A DNA stretch of 27,963 nucleotides. It comes from Methanotrichaceae archaeon. GTDB taxonomy: Archaea > Halobacteriota > Methanosarcinia > Methanotrichales > Methanotrichaceae. The first letter of the stretch is position 1; every line of letters begins with the position of its first letter. This document shows, piece by piece, positions 16,722 to 27,168 of the stretch. The notes under the pieces are model-generated. The model did no database searches and was not told the origin of the DNA. It saw only the letters and a program-made list of their open reading frames with translations. The translations under genes were made by a program, and so were the position numbers. The DNA is taken from positions 1 to 27,963 of the forward strand of contig CAVWIG010000050.1 of the NCBI GenBank assembly GCA_963754945.1. The letters run 5' to 3'.

Positions 16722-17846
16722 TCAATCGGCCTTGGTGCCGTTGTTCAGCAGCAGCAGGCTCAAGAACATCCCTGAGAATATGGTCTGTATCCCCAGAATG
16801 GACAATATCAGGGCCATCATAGCGTTCTGGGTCTGGTACAGCCCTCCAAACCCTGCCGCTCTCCAGTCGAGCAGTACCTCAACCCCTAAAACCACGCCGA
16901 AGACGAGGAGCAGGAATCCAAGAAGTAGCTCCTTCTCCAAGGAATGATAGCTCATGAGCTTCTTTGTCAATTTGGAGCTGCTTGAAACTCCGTATGCCAC
17001 TCCATAGGCTGCAAAGTAGAGTCCGGCTAGGAGCATCTGGTATCCGATTACCAGCAGCAAGCTTCCTAGAATCAGCGAATGCATCCTGTTCTGTTCATTA
17101 AGCGAAACTTCAGTGGCAAGGGCCAATCCTATGATAAGGGCCACTACGCCCGGAATCATTAGAAAAGGTACGGGCCTATAAAGCATCATGAAGCGCAAGT
17201 GTCTCCAGCCGTCAGAGAAAGAGCTCAGCTTGGATTTGCCCAGGCGGGGATAGTAGGTTATGGGAACCTCGGCTATTCTCAAGTTCTTGTTGGCAGCTTC
17301 GATTACCATCTCCGAGGCGAACTCCATCCCACCCGCCTTCAGGCTTAACCTGTCTAGTGCATCCCTGGTTATGGCCCTCAAGCCGCAATGGGCATCGGAG
17401 ACTCCAGTGGAAAAGAGTTTGTTCAAAACCCACGTTAGGAAAGGATTGCCGATGTACCTGTGAAGTGCGGGCATTGCACCCGGTTTTATAACTCCCTTTA
17501 GCCTGGTCCCAAGGACCATATCTACGCAACCGCTTTGGAGACAGGAGATTAACTTATCGATCTCTCTTGGGTCATAAGTCAGGTCTCCGTCCATGAGAAC
17601 AATATACTTTCCAGTTGCATGCTTGAAACCGTTAAGGTACGCATTGCCGTAACCCAACTTCTCTGGTACAACTACGGTTGCACCAAGTGCCTTGGCTATT
17701 ACTGGGGTGTCGTCTGAGGAGCTGTCTACAACTATTATTTCTCCTTCAAGACCCATTTCCTTGAATGCTGCATTAGCCTGCTGAATGCACTCGCCGATAG
17801 TTTTAGCCTCATTCAAGGTGGGAATTACCAGGCTGACTAGTGGCAC
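16722..17846 (-). CDS. GT2 (DPM-synthase-like) glycosyltransferase with C-terminal TM helices
   Basis: [39 protein letters not shown]; four hydrophobic segments. Confidence 0.93.
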   Translation of the reverse strand: MPLVSLVIPTLNEAKTIGECIQQANAAFKEMGLEGEIIVVDSSSDDTPVIAKALGATVVVPEKLGYGNAYLNGFKHATGKYIVLMDGDLTYDPREIDKLISCLQSGCVDMVLGTRLKGVIKPGAMPALHRYIGNPFLTWVLNKLFSTGVSDAHCGLRAITRDALDRLSLKAGGMEFASEMVIEAANKNLRIAEVPITYYPRLGKSKLSSFSDGWRHLRFMMLYRPVPFLMIPGVVALIIGLALATEVSLNEQNRMHSLILGSLLLVIGYQMLLAGLYFAAYGVAYGVSSSSKLTKKLMSYHSLEKELLLGFLLLVFGVVLGVEVLLDWRAAGFGGLYQTQNAMMALILSILGIQTIFSGMFLSLLLLNNGTKAD

Positions 17847-18103
17847 ATCCCATCTGATAGATCTTCAGTGATTAAGCCTTTCCCATATAAATTGGCATAA
17901 ACGAAAGACTGCATCCCATGCGAACAAGAGTACTTTGAGTAACACGAGGGATAACATGGTTGTCAGCTAATGATATTAGTTGAAGGAACATTCGGTCCAC
18001 CTCACAAGATCGAGGCCACTTTGGTTGATCAAGGTTCGTCCTGGAGTGATCTAGATATGAGTGATCTAGATATTATGGTGTACCTTACTGATAAAAAAAA
18101 TAG

Positions 18104-18187
18104 CGCCGAGGGTGAGATTCGAACTCACGAGACCCTTGCGGATCACCAGCTTTCCAGGCTGGCGCCATACCGCTAGACGACCTCGGC
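18104..18187 (-). tRNA. tRNA-Ser(GGA)
   Basis: GCCGAGG/CCTCGGC-G; anticodon arm CCAGC-CTGGAAA-GCTGG; long variable arm; T8 run downstream; CCA not encoded. Confidence 0.96.
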
Positions 18188-18189
18188 AT

Positions 18190-19281
18190 TCAACGATTAT
18201 TGCCTGGTACTGGGGCCTGCATAGAACCCGGCTTCTTCTCGGCCAGTTTCCACGCCCTTGGGTACGTGCCCGGCTCCATTATTACCCTTTCGGTCCTGGC
18301 CACGATTCCCCTCTCTGCAGCCAGCATTTCTGAGCTCGATAGGTCGGCCTTAGCAAGGGCTACCGCCTCGCCCTTAAGGGTAAAGATTGCCACGTCATCG
18401 TTCTTGATTATGTTAGTCTCGAGGCTGAGCAGCCCCGGCGCCGCAAGAGGAGCACCATGGCAGACAGCATCGACGGCATTGTCGCTTATCACAAGCCTGG
18501 GCAGGTGCCGCAGTGCAGTCTCTACCGGATGAATAACGCGACGCAGCTCTTTCTCGTCTCCTGTCTCCCTCCATTGCTCGTAGGCATCCTTGAGCTGATG
18601 CAGCGTGACAAGAGTCCCGTCCTCTCGGAATGGACCAGCCTTGGTGCGCCTAAGCTCTTCCATATTTGCTCCGGTACCAAGAGCTAGGCCGATGTCATAG
18701 CAGAGCTTGCGTATGTAGGTCCCAGCCTCACAGCCTACCTGCATCAGTGCGTGCTGCTCCTCGATCTCCAGGACGTCCAGGTAGTAGATGGTCCTTGTCC
18801 TGAGCTGTTTGACTACAGCGGACTTAAGAGGCGGCTTCTGGTAGATAGGACCCTCAAACTCCTTACAGACCTCCAGAATCCTTTTGCGCGGCAGAGCTTT
18901 GTGCACGTGCATGAGGCAGATGTATTCCTTTCCCGCCAATAGAAGCGTGTCCATTACCCTGGTGGCATCGCCGAGCAGAACAGGCAGGATTCCTGTTACC
19001 TTGGGGTCCAGGGTTCCGCTGTGACCGGCCTTATCAACGTGAAGTATGTTCTTGACCCATGCAACGACCTCGTGGCTGGTCGGGCCCGAGGGTTTGTCCA
19101 GGTTTATGGCACCCAGACGCAGATGCATCTCCAGGGACCTGCTCTCTGGAGAACAACCAAAACCCGGATCGGTTTTGGCCTTCCTCTTGAATATAGTGGA
19201 TCTGATCTTATCCGAAGGCAGAGTTTTAGAAGGTGTTTTGATGACCGGATTATGGCCTATAGTTCCCTCTGGGGCGTTCAT
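18190..19281 (-). CDS. cbf5: H/ACA pseudouridine synthase Cbf5
   Basis: DKPSGPTSHEV, GHSGTLDP, YQKPP, EAGTYIR, PUA domain. Confidence 0.96.
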   Translation of the reverse strand: MNAPEGTIGHNPVIKTPSKTLPSDKIRSTIFKRKAKTDPGFGCSPESRSLEMHLRLGAINLDKPSGPTSHEVVAWVKNILHVDKAGHSGTLDPKVTGILPVLLGDATRVMDTLLLAGKEYICLMHVHKALPRKRILEVCKEFEGPIYQKPPLKSAVVKQLRTRTIYYLDVLEIEEQHALMQVGCEAGTYIRKLCYDIGLALGTGANMEELRRTKAGPFREDGTLVTLHQLKDAYEQWRETGDEKELRRVIHPVETALRHLPRLVISDNAVDAVCHGAPLAAPGLLSLETNIIKNDDVAIFTLKGEAVALAKADLSSSEMLAAERGIVARTERVIMEPGTYPRAWKLAEKKPGSMQAPVPGNNR

Positions 19282-19799
19282 TGTTTCAGAGACCTGACTG
19301 CAGCAAGGACGATGTTCAGAGTTCCCCTCTCATCGAACTTCCCAGTGTCCACCACTAGATCGTAAATGGCAAGATCGGCTATGTCGATGTTGTAGTACTT
19401 CATGTACCGACGGGCTTCGCTCTCCTCTCGAACCCTGGTTTCTGCGAGAGAATCCTCTAAAAGCTTGGACTCCCGATTGGCAATCCGCCCGGCTCTGATC
19501 CTGAGATCCGTCTTGAGCGCGACCTTCAAGTCGGCATTGAGAAGATGTCCCGACAGCCTCCCCTCAAAGATGCCTGAACCGGCTTTTGCCAGAGATTTTT
19601 GACCATCGTCAATGAGATAGTCTATCTCAGGTCCTCGTTCGGCAAGCCGATTGAGATCCTTGACTGATACATTCTTCTCGCTCGCGATCTTTCTGAACAG
19701 CTCTCCTGAGTTGACCCACCTTATCCCGAGCTCGGCTGCAAGGCTGCGGGCCACGGTGGTCGTTCCAGTCCCAGGGGCACCGCTTATGGTTATTATCAT
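19278..19799 (-). CDS. cmk: Cytidylate kinase (archaeal)
   Basis: ISGAPGTGTTT, EGRLSG, RYMKYYNID; operon position. Confidence 0.93.
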   Translation of the reverse strand: MIITISGAPGTGTTTVARSLAAELGIRWVNSGELFRKIASEKNVSVKDLNRLAERGPEIDYLIDDGQKSLAKAGSGIFEGRLSGHLLNADLKVALKTDLRIRAGRIANRESKLLEDSLAETRVREESEARRYMKYYNIDIADLAIYDLVVDTGKFDERGTLNIVLAAVRSLKQ

Positions 19800-19809
19800 G
19801 TCCGATTTC

Positions 19810-20415
19810 CTAGTTCATGCTGCCTATATCCAGGGCCTTTCTTATGATCTGAGAGACTGGTATGGAGCAGATGAAGTACCAGTAGAACCAATAGATTACC
19901 GGACCGAGAACCACTTCGGACACGCCATGGGTTCCCCAGAAGGGGAAGGTCATCATGAGATGGTGCTGTGCTATGTACAGGTAAGCCCACATGAAGAGGG
20001 GTATGGAGACGATGCCGATGTACAGCATGGGTTTGAATTGCATCTGCATCATCTTGCCCTGCTCGGAGACCATCTTCATCTGCTCTGTCTGGAGCTGCTG
20101 CAGTTTTCCCTTGTCTCCAGAGAGCTGTGCCTCTTTCATGGCCGCCTGAAGATTCCTCATCTTCTCTTGCTGGTTCTTGAGGAAATCCCAGTCCATGGTG
20201 TACTTCTGGATCAGGCTGGCGTATAGGCCCGTCACTGCCGCTAGGGCAAAGAGGACTACATGGAAGGGCAGTATGGCTGGAAGCCAGCCCAAGACTGCAC
20301 CCATGGCGACCCCTATTACATGTCGCAGATCACCGCTGACCATGATCCCAAAAAAGAGAAAGAAGCCCACTGCGAGAGCAAGAGTATCTATGGACTTGGT
20401 CAGCTTCCCGTTCAT
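19810..20415 (-). CDS. DUF106 / EMC3-TMCO1-like membrane protein
   Basis: TM, coiled coil, QFKPML, WFYWYFICS; position after secY. Confidence 0.92.
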   Translation of the reverse strand: MNGKLTKSIDTLALAVGFFLFFGIMVSGDLRHVIGVAMGAVLGWLPAILPFHVVLFALAAVTGLYASLIQKYTMDWDFLKNQQEKMRNLQAAMKEAQLSGDKGKLQQLQTEQMKMVSEQGKMMQMQFKPMLYIGIVSIPLFMWAYLYIAQHHLMMTFPFWGTHGVSEVVLGPVIYWFYWYFICSIPVSQIIRKALDIGSMN

Positions 20416-22025
20416 GACGTGGCTCCGAAGAACTTCTGCATCATCGGGTACATCTCTTGGATCTGCTCGCTCGCGATCTGTTCATAGAGCCTGTAAACTA
20501 TGCTCACTGCCAGAAGCAATCCGGTTCCACCAGCACCTCCAAGGGTTCCCATCATGTTGGCGATCAAAGCCAGGAGGGCAATTATGATTCCTCCGATGAC
20601 AGTCACCTTGGGTATATACCGTTCCATCAGCCGCTCAATGGAAGCGGGATTTCTCCGGTATCCTGGGATCTGCAGACCCGATTTGTGTATCTTCTCCGCC
20701 ACGTTCTTGGCATTCATCCCGGTGGTTTCGATCCAGAATATGGCGAATATGATTCCCCCGATGATGAGGAAGGATGCGTCCGTCATCACATGTAGCAGTA
20801 TCTGCCAGTTGGCGATGGGAGACATTCCCAGTTCTACCATCCCTGGGTATTGCTGAGATACCAAGCTCGGTATCCAGTTACTGGGCCCGTTGATTGGAGA
20901 CATGTAATACATTGGTCCAGAAACCGGCTGAGGCGAAAGAGCGCTTATGGCCGCATTGGTAGCGGAGTCAAATCTGGCAGTCGAGATGAAGTTTCCTAGC
21001 CAGCTGGTGTAGCCAGTGTATACCGTTGTAACGCCCTGACCTGTGACTGACGTAGTCGTGACACTGCCAAACCTGGATGTAAACAGCGCTCCTATCATCT
21101 CCAGGTTGGCCTGAATGGCCCGGACCAGGATCATGGGCAGGACACTCGCATAGACCAGCTTTACTGGGAACTTGCCGCGCGCGCCTCGAACCCGGCTATG
21201 AGCCAGTGGTATCTCTATCCTGGTAGACTCGACGAAGACAACCATCATTATGATTATTATTGTCGATATGAGTGCCAGAATCCCGCCGGTTATGAAGATG
21301 TACCTGATCCCTTCAGGGGTAAATATCTCTCCCAGGCTTATCAGGCCAAGCCTGAAAATATCAAACCACTTGGGAATTATTCCCACAGGGAGACCGCCGT
21401 CTCCGGGTGCCCAGTTGAATATTCCTGTGATCAGCTGCTGGCTTATTCCTGCTACTATGAACAGGCCAACGCCTGACCCAACACCCCATTTGGAGACTAC
21501 CTCGTCCATGAACAAGATCAGCGCTCCGCCTATGAAGACCTGAATGAATATTATGAGAGAGATCAATCCGGGAGATACACCTAGAGTGGCTGCGAGGTTC
21601 ATATCTGGACGGAGATATCCTCCCAGGACCTGAGGTAGGCCCTCTACTGCGATCATCACGAAAACCAGGGCCTTTTGAGTTCCCTGGAACACGGCCTGAT
21701 CTCGAGGATCGCTGAGATTCAGCTTGATCACATCTGCGCCCACAAGGAGCTGGAGCACGATGGAGGCCATTACTATAGGCCCTATTCCAAGCAGCATCAG
21801 CGATCCGAAGGACCCGGCGAAGAAAGCCCTGTAAGAGGCGAAGGCGTCAATGGATGCCTTGGACAATCCGAAGAGAGGAATGTTGCCCAGGGCGAAGTAC
21901 AGAAAAAGTACGACCAGAGTCCAGGTCAACTTCCGCTTGAAGTGGACGTGGCCTGCCGGCCTCTCCACTGCCGGCAGCCTTCTCACAAAGGGCTCTATGG
22001 CATAAAAGAAAGTATGCTGGTTCAT
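20412..22025 (-). CDS. secY: Preprotein translocase SecY
   Basis: LGIGPIV, KWGVGSGVGLFI, QIPGYR, GTGLLLAV. Confidence 0.97.
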   Translation of the reverse strand: MNQHTFFYAIEPFVRRLPAVERPAGHVHFKRKLTWTLVVLFLYFALGNIPLFGLSKASIDAFASYRAFFAGSFGSLMLLGIGPIVMASIVLQLLVGADVIKLNLSDPRDQAVFQGTQKALVFVMIAVEGLPQVLGGYLRPDMNLAATLGVSPGLISLIIFIQVFIGGALILFMDEVVSKWGVGSGVGLFIVAGISQQLITGIFNWAPGDGGLPVGIIPKWFDIFRLGLISLGEIFTPEGIRYIFITGGILALISTIIIIMMVVFVESTRIEIPLAHSRVRGARGKFPVKLVYASVLPMILVRAIQANLEMIGALFTSRFGSVTTTSVTGQGVTTVYTGYTSWLGNFISTARFDSATNAAISALSPQPVSGPMYYMSPINGPSNWIPSLVSQQYPGMVELGMSPIANWQILLHVMTDASFLIIGGIIFAIFWIETTGMNAKNVAEKIHKSGLQIPGYRRNPASIERLMERYIPKVTVIGGIIIALLALIANMMGTLGGAGGTGLLLAVSIVYRLYEQIASEQIQEMYPMMQKFFGATS

Positions 22026-22396
22026 AGTACTACTGCTTGTCCGCCTGCAGCCTCGATCTTGCTTTTGGCCACAGCCGAGAACCCAGTTGCGCTAACGACG
22101 AGCTTTTTAGTAACCCTGCCGCGGCCTAGTACCTTAGTCTCACCCAGCTCGATCCTACCATCCTGGCAAGCCATCTGATCCAGCACGTCTACATTGACCA
22201 CCGGGACGTCGCAACTATTGGGCTGGACAAATCCGTGCTTGCCCATCTGAGTTCCCAGAAGCATCGAACGCATGAAATGGTGCTTACATTTACCTGAATC
22301 GCCTCGGCCGCCACGAGACCCACCGCCTCTGGCGTTCTTGTGCTTTCCGTGGTAAGTCCTCATTCCCCTGCGTTCCTTGGTCTTTGGTCTAACCAT
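22022..22396 (-). CDS. rpl15: Ribosomal protein uL15
   Basis: RGGGSRGGRG, GKHGF, KVLGRG, KIEAAGG. Confidence 0.95.
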   Translation of the reverse strand: MVRPKTKERRGMRTYHGKHKNARGGGSRGGRGDSGKCKHHFMRSMLLGTQMGKHGFVQPNSCDVPVVNVDVLDQMACQDGRIELGETKVLGRGRVTKKLVVSATGFSAVAKSKIEAAGGQAVVL

Positions 22397-22400
22397 TGTT

Positions 22401-22856
22401 CTACCTCATCTTCGTGATAAGATCATTTATCGATTCGTGGAAGCCAAGCACTCCGCCCTGCGGTACAGTCTTCTTTGTGCTCTTGAGGCCCTTTCGGGCT
22501 GGGTGGAGCCTGAATACCGGCTTTATCTCTAGGTCTTTGAAGCTTGCCGAGCCTGCGTTTATAGCTTTGGCAAACTCCTTGATTGAGCCGAAGGCGGTCT
22601 TCTCTTTTATGAGCTCTTCAGTCAGACGCCTGTTTCCAGCAAGCCTTCCACGCTTTTCCAGAAGCAAAGCAAGGGTATCATCATCTATCTGGCCCCAGGC
22701 CACATAATCCTTGACTTTTTGGATCATGCCGCGGTAGTGAGGATCTTCCTTGACCACAGCGCAGTGGTTGACCCTATTCATGTGCAACAGATCAAGAGTA
22801 TCTCTTATCTCGGGCCTTGTGTTCACTCCGCCTCTGATCCTGACTATCACATACAT
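22401..22856 (-). CDS. rpl30: Ribosomal protein uL30
   Basis: VRIRG, KVKDYVAWG, FRLHP. Confidence 0.95.
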   Translation of the reverse strand: MYVIVRIRGGVNTRPEIRDTLDLLHMNRVNHCAVVKEDPHYRGMIQKVKDYVAWGQIDDDTLALLLEKRGRLAGNRRLTEELIKEKTAFGSIKEFAKAINAGSASFKDLEIKPVFRLHPARKGLKSTKKTVPQGGVLGFHESINDLITKMR

Positions 22857-22858
22857 GA

Positions 22859-23482
22859 TCAGGACCTCACGGTTATCGTGTTGAGGAGCGCGTTGTAGGT
22901 GGCCATGGCGAAGTTCAAGGTTGTCCTCGTGGAGCCAAAAGTTCTGGTCCAGATATCCTTGATGCCCGCCATATCCATGACCTTCTTAGCTGAGCCGCCT
23001 GCTGCGATACCTAGACCCCGGGGTGCCGGCATCAATACTATCCGAACGGACCCGGCCTCGCCCATGACCTTGTAGGGCACTGTGTGAGGCTGCCCGCATC
23101 CGCACTCCCAGCTTCCGCATCCGCGGTTGATCTTGAAAAGGTTCAGCTTGGCTTTGTCTATGCCCTTCTTGATGGCCTTGCCCACCTGGACGTCCTTGCC
23201 CTCGCCCAGGCCGATGTAGCCGTCCCTGTTCCCAACAATCACAGTGGTTCTGAACTTGACTCTTCTTCCCGAGTCAGTCATCCTCTGGACCATGTTGATG
23301 TCCAACACCTCGTCCTCGAGGTTAGGAAGAAGCGCACTGACCAGGCCAGATTCCTTAATCGGTAACCCAGACCTCAGGGCCTCATCGAAGGTTGTGACTT
23401 GGCCTTCAAACACGAGCTTGCCGAGCCTGGTTTTGGGGATCCATTCCTCTTGGTAATAATCGCGTCTCTGTTTTTGATCCAC
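22859..23482 (-). CDS. rps5: Ribosomal protein uS5
   Basis: [35 protein letters not shown]. Confidence 0.96.
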   Translation of the reverse strand: MDQKQRRDYYQEEWIPKTRLGKLVFEGQVTTFDEALRSGLPIKESGLVSALLPNLEDEVLDINMVQRMTDSGRRVKFRTTVIVGNRDGYIGLGEGKDVQVGKAIKKGIDKAKLNLFKINRGCGSWECGCGQPHTVPYKVMGEAGSVRIVLMPAPRGLGIAAGGSAKKVMDMAGIKDIWTRTFGSTRTTLNFAMATYNALLNTITVRS

Positions 23483-23486
23483 AGTT

Positions 23487-24005
23487 TCACCTCAGTATCT
23501 TCTCCCTGGCTGCTTCGAACTGATCAACAATGTCCGAGCCCGTGTGCTTCTTTATGTGCTCGCCCCGTACGCGTTCAATCTCCGGGAATATCTCCGGGCT
23601 GTGCGGTATGTCCGCTCCTGCATCGACGACGCCCTTGATGGCCGAGTAGACCCTTCCACCCTTGGTGGAAGCATGTAGTCCAATGTCGGCTATGGCCTCG
23701 CTGACACCCAGGGCCAACATCTTCTTTCCGAAGAGCAGACCTGTTAAGTAAGCTGCCGGCAGGTTCCCTGTGGCCAGGGTATACCCGTAGTCTCTGAGCT
23801 CCTTCGAGGTGACCGTCAGGAGCGTCTTGTCGCCCGTCATCTCCGCTACAACCAGTTGTAAAGTCGTGTTCGCGTTGCTCTTCCTGACTACTAATCTTGG
23901 TTTCTTGGAAAGTATAAGTTTGTATCTTACATGATAGTTAGTTCTGCCCTCTCTCCGTCTTCTGAAGGGCACCTTGTATCTAGGTCCGGTTGCCAAATCA
24001 CTCAC
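23487..24005 (-). CDS. rpl18: Ribosomal protein uL18 (start may be TTG 23996)
   Basis: [27 protein letters not shown]. Confidence 0.95.
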   Translation of the reverse strand: MSDLATGPRYKVPFRRRREGRTNYHVRYKLILSKKPRLVVRKSNANTTLQLVVAEMTGDKTLLTVTSKELRDYGYTLATGNLPAAYLTGLLFGKKMLALGVSEAIADIGLHASTKGGRVYSAIKGVVDAGADIPHSPEIFPEIERVRGEHIKKHTGSDIVDQFEAAREKILR

Positions 24006-24459
24006 TCCTAGCTAAGCCTTTGGCCTTGATGTACGCGTTGAGATGCGCCGTGCTCCTGTACTCTCCGCCTGCGGATTTCCTGTAGAGCATCCGATAGGTG
24101 TGACGGTCTATCTGGCCGCCATCCTTAAGGTCCCTTAGCCTTCTTCTGAGGGCTCTTATCTTGGCCATCCACTGCTCTTTTCTGGGGGTTCGCGCGCCTT
24201 TTGCGCCTTTTCTGTGGCCCGGCCCTTTTCTGTGACCGTAAGCCCTCTTCTCAGCCCTGAGCCTTAACCTCGACCGGCTGTTTCCTTTCTTGGGCTTTGC
24301 CTTGATGTTCCCTGCCTCGATCTGAGCCCGGATATCCTCCCTGGTTATGGCATCGGATAGATCGCCGGCTGCTTCAATATCAGGGCTGATCCAAACTCTG
24401 CTCTGCCCGATCTTGAGCTCGGAAGCGGCAAGCCTGCGCTGCTTGAATAGGTCTGCCAC
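23998..24459 (-). CDS. rpl19e: Ribosomal protein eL19
   Basis: [26 protein letters not shown]. Confidence 0.96.
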   Translation of the reverse strand: MADLFKQRRLAASELKIGQSRVWISPDIEAAGDLSDAITREDIRAQIEAGNIKAKPKKGNSRSRLRLRAEKRAYGHRKGPGHRKGAKGARTPRKEQWMAKIRALRRRLRDLKDGGQIDRHTYRMLYRKSAGGEYRSTAHLNAYIKAKGLARSE

Positions 24460-24460
24460 T

Positions 24461-24859
24461 CTAATCGCCTCCGGTCTTCGATGCTAGGGTCTTAGGATTC
24501 AGGATCTTGAGATTCATCTCGGCTGCCTTGGCCTCGATCTCTGTTCGCTTCTTTCTGCCTAAGGTTGAAGCCATGCGGACAGCATAACCTTCGGCCTTTT
24601 GTAGATCCGCCATGTTCCGCACAAGGAGCTCCCTGAAACCCGATGGGTGAAATCCCTTTACTGCTCTGGGACTACCAAAACCTGGCCGAACCAACTTGCC
24701 CTTGGCAGAAACCTGCGCTCCGAGCTTATTATGTATACCGCGAGGCTTGCGCCAGCTAGTGCCCAGGCGTTTCTTCTTATGGGAATCGTGACGGTTGAAC
24801 TCGGGCTTCTTGGACTTCTGCCTGAGCCTTACCTTGAGCATCTTATCCATGGACGTCAC
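24461..24859 (-). CDS. rpl32e: Ribosomal protein eL32
   Basis: KPEFNR, WRKPRG, GFGSP, HPSG. Confidence 0.95.
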   Translation of the reverse strand: MTSMDKMLKVRLRQKSKKPEFNRHDSHKKKRLGTSWRKPRGIHNKLGAQVSAKGKLVRPGFGSPRAVKGFHPSGFRELLVRNMADLQKAEGYAVRMASTLGRKKRTEIEAKAAEMNLKILNPKTLASKTGGD

Positions 24860-25386
24860 CTTTTCCCTACCAGGTATATCCCGTCCTGGAACACCCTGAT
24901 ATCGAATCCTCTGACCCTGGTCGCCTGTTCGATATTGGCCATGGTCTGGCCGACCTTCTCCTTGTCTATGCCCGAGAGAGTCACCTCATCCTTACCGAGA
25001 TCGACCTTGGTTCCTCCGACGATCTTGGCAGACCTGGCCCTCCTCTCGCCCAGAAAGTTGTTTATTATGAGCTCGTCCTGGCCCGCTTTTAGCTGAATAG
25101 GGAAGTGAGAGTAGACGACCTTCATCTTGTACTCAAACCCCTCTGTGACTCCAGCGATCATATTGCCGATATGAGCTGCCAGGGTACCCACCATTGCCCT
25201 CTGGTGTTTGCGATCGAACTTAGAATTCACGATCAGATGCGATTCCTCTTTGTTGATGTCAATTCCAGGGTACCACAGCCTTCTGGACAGTTCCCCTTTG
25301 GGGCCTTTGACTGTAACTGTCGAGTCGGCCACCTGGATGTCAACTCCCTCAGGAATCTCTATCTGCCGTGCCACCTCTTTAACCAT
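24856..25386 (-). CDS. rpl6: Ribosomal protein uL6
   Basis: KGPKG, YSHFP, NFLGE, RVFQDGIY. Confidence 0.96.
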   Translation of the reverse strand: MVKEVARQIEIPEGVDIQVADSTVTVKGPKGELSRRLWYPGIDINKEESHLIVNSKFDRKHQRAMVGTLAAHIGNMIAGVTEGFEYKMKVVYSHFPIQLKAGQDELIINNFLGERRARSAKIVGGTKVDLGKDEVTLSGIDKEKVGQTMANIEQATRVRGFDIRVFQDGIYLVGKR

Positions 25387-25394
25387 GAGATCAC

Positions 25395-25793
25395 CTAATA
25401 AACGTACGCCAACAACTGGCCGCCGATGGACTGGGACCTGGCATCGCTATGGGCCATTACGCCCCTGCTGGTGCTCAGTATCAGCACTCCGAAGTTCCTG
25501 GCAGGGAGGAATCGCTTCTCCCATTTCTCGAGTTCAGCAACTTTGGCGGCAAACCTGGGCTTTATCACGCCGCACCGGTTAATCCTTCCAAGTAGCTTCA
25601 CCCTGAACATTCCCGACTTACCGTCGTCTACGAACTCGAATTCGCCTATGTATCCCCGGTCAGCCATGACCTTCAAAGTCGTTCCTATAAGCTTAGAGGC
25701 CGGGTGAATTATACATTCGGGCTTGCCTACGCTCTCCGCGTTCTTTATTACGGACAGTGCATCGGCTAGTGGATCCAATAACACTTTGACCAC
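25395..25793 (-). CDS. rps8: Ribosomal protein uS8
   Basis: [30 protein letters not shown]. Confidence 0.96.
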   Translation of the reverse strand: MVKVLLDPLADALSVIKNAESVGKPECIIHPASKLIGTTLKVMADRGYIGEFEFVDDGKSGMFRVKLLGRINRCGVIKPRFAAKVAELEKWEKRFLPARNFGVLILSTSRGVMAHSDARSQSIGGQLLAYVY

Positions 25794-25946
25794 CTACGAA
25801 AATTTCTCAAAGCCCATCTCGGGGGCGATCTCTCGGAAGCACTGCCTGCACAGGTATATCCCGTACTTCCGGACTAGGCCGGCCTTTCTGCCGCAGCGCC
25901 TGCACTGGTTTGCGCCCCTTCCAAAGCTCTTCTTAGTCTTCTTCAT
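25794..25946 (-). CDS. rps14: Ribosomal protein uS14 (Zn type), 50 aa; not in ORF track
   Basis: [50 protein letters not shown]. Confidence 0.96.
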   Translation of the reverse strand: MKKTKKSFGRGANQCRRCGRKAGLVRKYGIYLCRQCFREIAPEMGFEKFS

Positions 25947-26458
25947 GCTGCCTCCAAGATCTCCACGCCGAACTTCTTCTGCATGAACCCCATAGTGTCG
26001 GCCTTGGTGAGCTTCTGCCTAGTGGGTAGCTTCTGTGTGGCTATCCTCCTCTTGGCTATCCTGTACCCAGCCCTCTTCATGGCCACGGACACGTCCATTC
26101 CGAATATGCCTATCTCCGGATCGTACCTCATTCCTGGGAAGTCGGTGTGCTCTTCGATACCGAAGGAGAAATTCCCCAGTTTATCGAACTGGCCGGGCTT
26201 CAGAGAGTTGCCCGCAGCTTTGAGGGCCAGCACAAGGAAATCCTCTGCCGCTTTTCCCCGGAGGGTTAGCTTGGTTCCGATTGGCTCATTCTTCTTTATT
26301 GCGAAAGTGGGCAGGGTCTTCTTGGCTATGGACCGCACTGGGCTCTGGTGAGTGATCTGCTTGAGGATGGTCTCAGCGTTGACCAGCCGCTGACCGCTCT
26401 CGCCCACACCGATGTGGACTACCACCTTGTCGATGCAGGGCTCTTGCATAACGTTCAT
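25943..26458 (-). CDS. rpl5: Ribosomal protein uL5
   Basis: [30 protein letters not shown]. Confidence 0.96.
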   Translation of the reverse strand: MNVMQEPCIDKVVVHIGVGESGQRLVNAETILKQITHQSPVRSIAKKTLPTFAIKKNEPIGTKLTLRGKAAEDFLVLALKAAGNSLKPGQFDKLGNFSFGIEEHTDFPGMRYDPEIGIFGMDVSVAMKRAGYRIAKRRIATQKLPTRQKLTKADTMGFMQKKFGVEILEAA

Positions 26459-27168
26459 CTAACCGCCCCCAGAGCGATAGCCGCCTGGTCCCTGCCGATC
26501 ATGAAGACGTAATCGGCTATGGTCTCGAAATCCTCCTCGCCCGCAATTACTACTCGATTGGGCCGGGAGCTTCTGACCGTATGAATTGCCTTTATCTTGC
26601 CGGTCTGTCCAGAGTGCTTTCCCCCCACCACAACGGCAAGGTTTCCTTCTTTGAACTCGATCCGATCCTCGATCTTCTTCTCGGGGATGGACAGAATCAG
26701 GGAGTCGCCAGGCTTGTAAGCGCCTTCTTCCAACCGGTTCGACCCATCGTTGAAGTTGAGCTGCTGCTTATTGCCTTTGAGCGTGGTCTTGTTCTCCACC
26801 CGCACCAGCTTTTTCCTGTCGGTTGCCTCTATGGGTTTGAAGAAGAACATACCTCTCTCGTCACGAAGCATCCTATAGTCCTGATTCAAAGCAGGGACGG
26901 ATATAATGTCGAAAATTCCTACGGGCTGCTTATGGTCCTTCACCACCTTTCCATCAACAAGGACTTTGCCCTCGTAGAGGAGCCTTTTCGCCTCACGGGA
27001 GTTGTCTACCAGCTTCAGCATGTCTCTGATTACCATTACCAAGGGCATGCTGTCCTCAGACGAATGGGGACCTGGGCTGGCCTTGGCCACCCATTTAGGA
27101 CTCTTTCTGGCGATAGGCCAGCTTCTGGGAACCGTTACTCTCTTTTGATGTCTACTCATCTGGTTCAC
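26455..27168 (-). CDS. rps4e: Ribosomal protein eS4
   Basis: HQKR, SPGPH, VLVDGK, GGKHSG. Confidence 0.96.
   Translation of the reverse strand: MNQMSRHQKRVTVPRSWPIARKSPKWVAKASPGPHSSEDSMPLVMVIRDMLKLVDNSREAKRLLYEGKVLVDGKVVKDHKQPVGIFDIISVPALNQDYRMLRDERGMFFFKPIEATDRKKLVRVENKTTLKGNKQQLNFNDGSNRLEEGAYKPGDSLILSIPEKKIEDRIEFKEGNLAVVVGGKHSGQTGKIKAIHTVRSSRPNRVVIAGEEDFETIADYVFMIGRDQAAIALGAVR

Noticed and set aside
12693-18010. CCTCACAAGAT at both ends of the inter-tRNA block as att sites
   Set aside because: 11-bp matches are expected many times by chance in 28 kb; not tRNA-derived; no integrase.
17970-18333. ORFs 17970-18176 and 18112-18333
   Set aside because: They run antisense through tRNA-Ser and cbf5; no coding support.
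19760-19799. Cmk P-loop lacking Lys (GTGTTT) as a dead enzyme
   Set aside because: As I recall, this Thr variant is common in archaeal cytidylate kinases; the rest of the gene is intact.
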